Assembly: GCA_043228905.1 (NCBI GenBank)
Contig: JBHGNT010000001.1
Coordinates: 22,878,001 to 22,942,000 of the forward strand
DNA: 64,000 nucleotides
Reading direction: 5' to 3'
From: Azolla caroliniana
Lineage: Eukaryota; Plantae; Polypodiophyta
Shown: positions 63,001 through 64,000 of the stretch, piece after piece
Layout of the letters: the number at the start of each line of letters is the position of its first letter
Position numbering within the stretch: position 1 is the first letter of the stretch
Translations under genes and position numbers: made by a program
Notes under the pieces: model-generated
What the model was told of the DNA's origin: nothing
The model's database searches: none
The model's input: only the letters and a program-made list of their open reading frames with translations

Positions 63001-64000
63001 CATGGACCTCGAGGTAGAGCAACTAGACGTGAAGAAGGCATTCCTCCATTGTGACCTCAAAGAGGGGATCTACATGCATCAACCGAAAGGATTTGAGAAG
63101 AAAGGGAAGGAGCACCTAGTGTGCCGGCTGAAGAAGAGCTTATACGGACTAAAGCAAGCTCCCCGGCAATGGTACCGGAAGTTTGACTCCTTCATGACCG
63201 ACCAAGGGTACCACAAGACGCAAGCCGATCACAGCGTGTTTGTGAAGAAATTTGACGGAGGAGATTTCATGATACTCCTCCTATATGTGGATGATATGTT
63301 GATCGTAGGACGAGACCAAGGCAAGATTTGGATGCTAAAGAAGGCTCTGAATCAGACATTCTCAATGAAGGACTTGGGTCTGGCAAGACAGATATTGGTA
63401 ATGCACATCATCCGGGACCAGTCGAAGAAGTTGTGGTTTTCACAAGAGAAGTATGTGACAAAGGTGCTTCAACAGTTCAACATGTCGGAGGTGGAGCCAG
63501 TCGATTCAACATTTCCGGCAAATTGCAAGTTGTCCAAAAAGCAGAGCCCGAGGAAAAAGGCAGAGAAGTCGGATATGATGAAGATACCATATGCCTCTAC
63601 CATCGGAAGCTTGATGTACACGATGGTATGTACCCGGCCGGATATCGGATATACAATCGGAATGGTAAGCCTGTTAATCAGCAATCCCGGTAGAGAGCAT
63701 TGGAATGCAGTCAAGTGGATACTCCGGTATTTGAAAGGCACCACGAGTATGTGCCTCCGTTTCGGCTCCAGTAATCCCCAACTTGACGGATTCACGGATT
63801 CAGATATGTCGGCTGATGCGGATACTAGTCGGTCTACATTCGAATATGTCATGACTTATGCAGGGGGAGTTGTTTCGTGGCAGTCGAGGTTGCAAAAGAC
63901 GATTGTGTTATCAACCACGAAGGCGGAGTACATGGCAGTTGTAGAAGCCGGCAAGGAGATAATCTGGATGAAGGACTTCATCGGAGAGCTAGGGATCCAA
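60086..64000 (+). mobile_element. Decayed Tork-like Ty1/copia running off the window
   Basis: Degenerate PBS TAGTATCAGAG at about 60170; gag (KLTGSNYSVWK), CFYCGKLGH, PR, INT, RT (YVDDM) and the start of RH. Confidence 0.92.

Overview
Plant nuclear DNA, probably from a fern or other seed-free vascular plant (inferred from the PLS-PPR style, a Tcn1-type chromovirus and RTEX-like LINEs). It is almost entirely nested, decayed transposons around one intact host gene, a single-ORF PLS-class PPR protein (8527-11949). Resolvable elements include several Ty1/copia LTR retrotransposons, most with matching target-site duplications (TSDs). One copia (31393-59037, TSD CTCAC) has been stretched to about 27.6 kb as part of a five-level nest. 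Also present: a full-length Ty3/gypsy chromovirus (50046-55706), a related solo LTR, two LINE remnants, a MULE remnant, a possible Sola-type transposase remnant, a PPR pseudogene and several minisatellites. The most unusual feature is a non-autonomous LTR element (33692-36647) that carries a processed RPL6 mRNA and has a tRNA-Arg-type primer site at both inner ends and no polypurine tract (PPT). The chromovirus LTRs carry an antisense tRNA-like/Pol III cassette and a Tf1-style self-priming signal, and the element has a -1 frameshift cassette between gag and pol. All coordinates and alignments were read by eye; no database searches were run.
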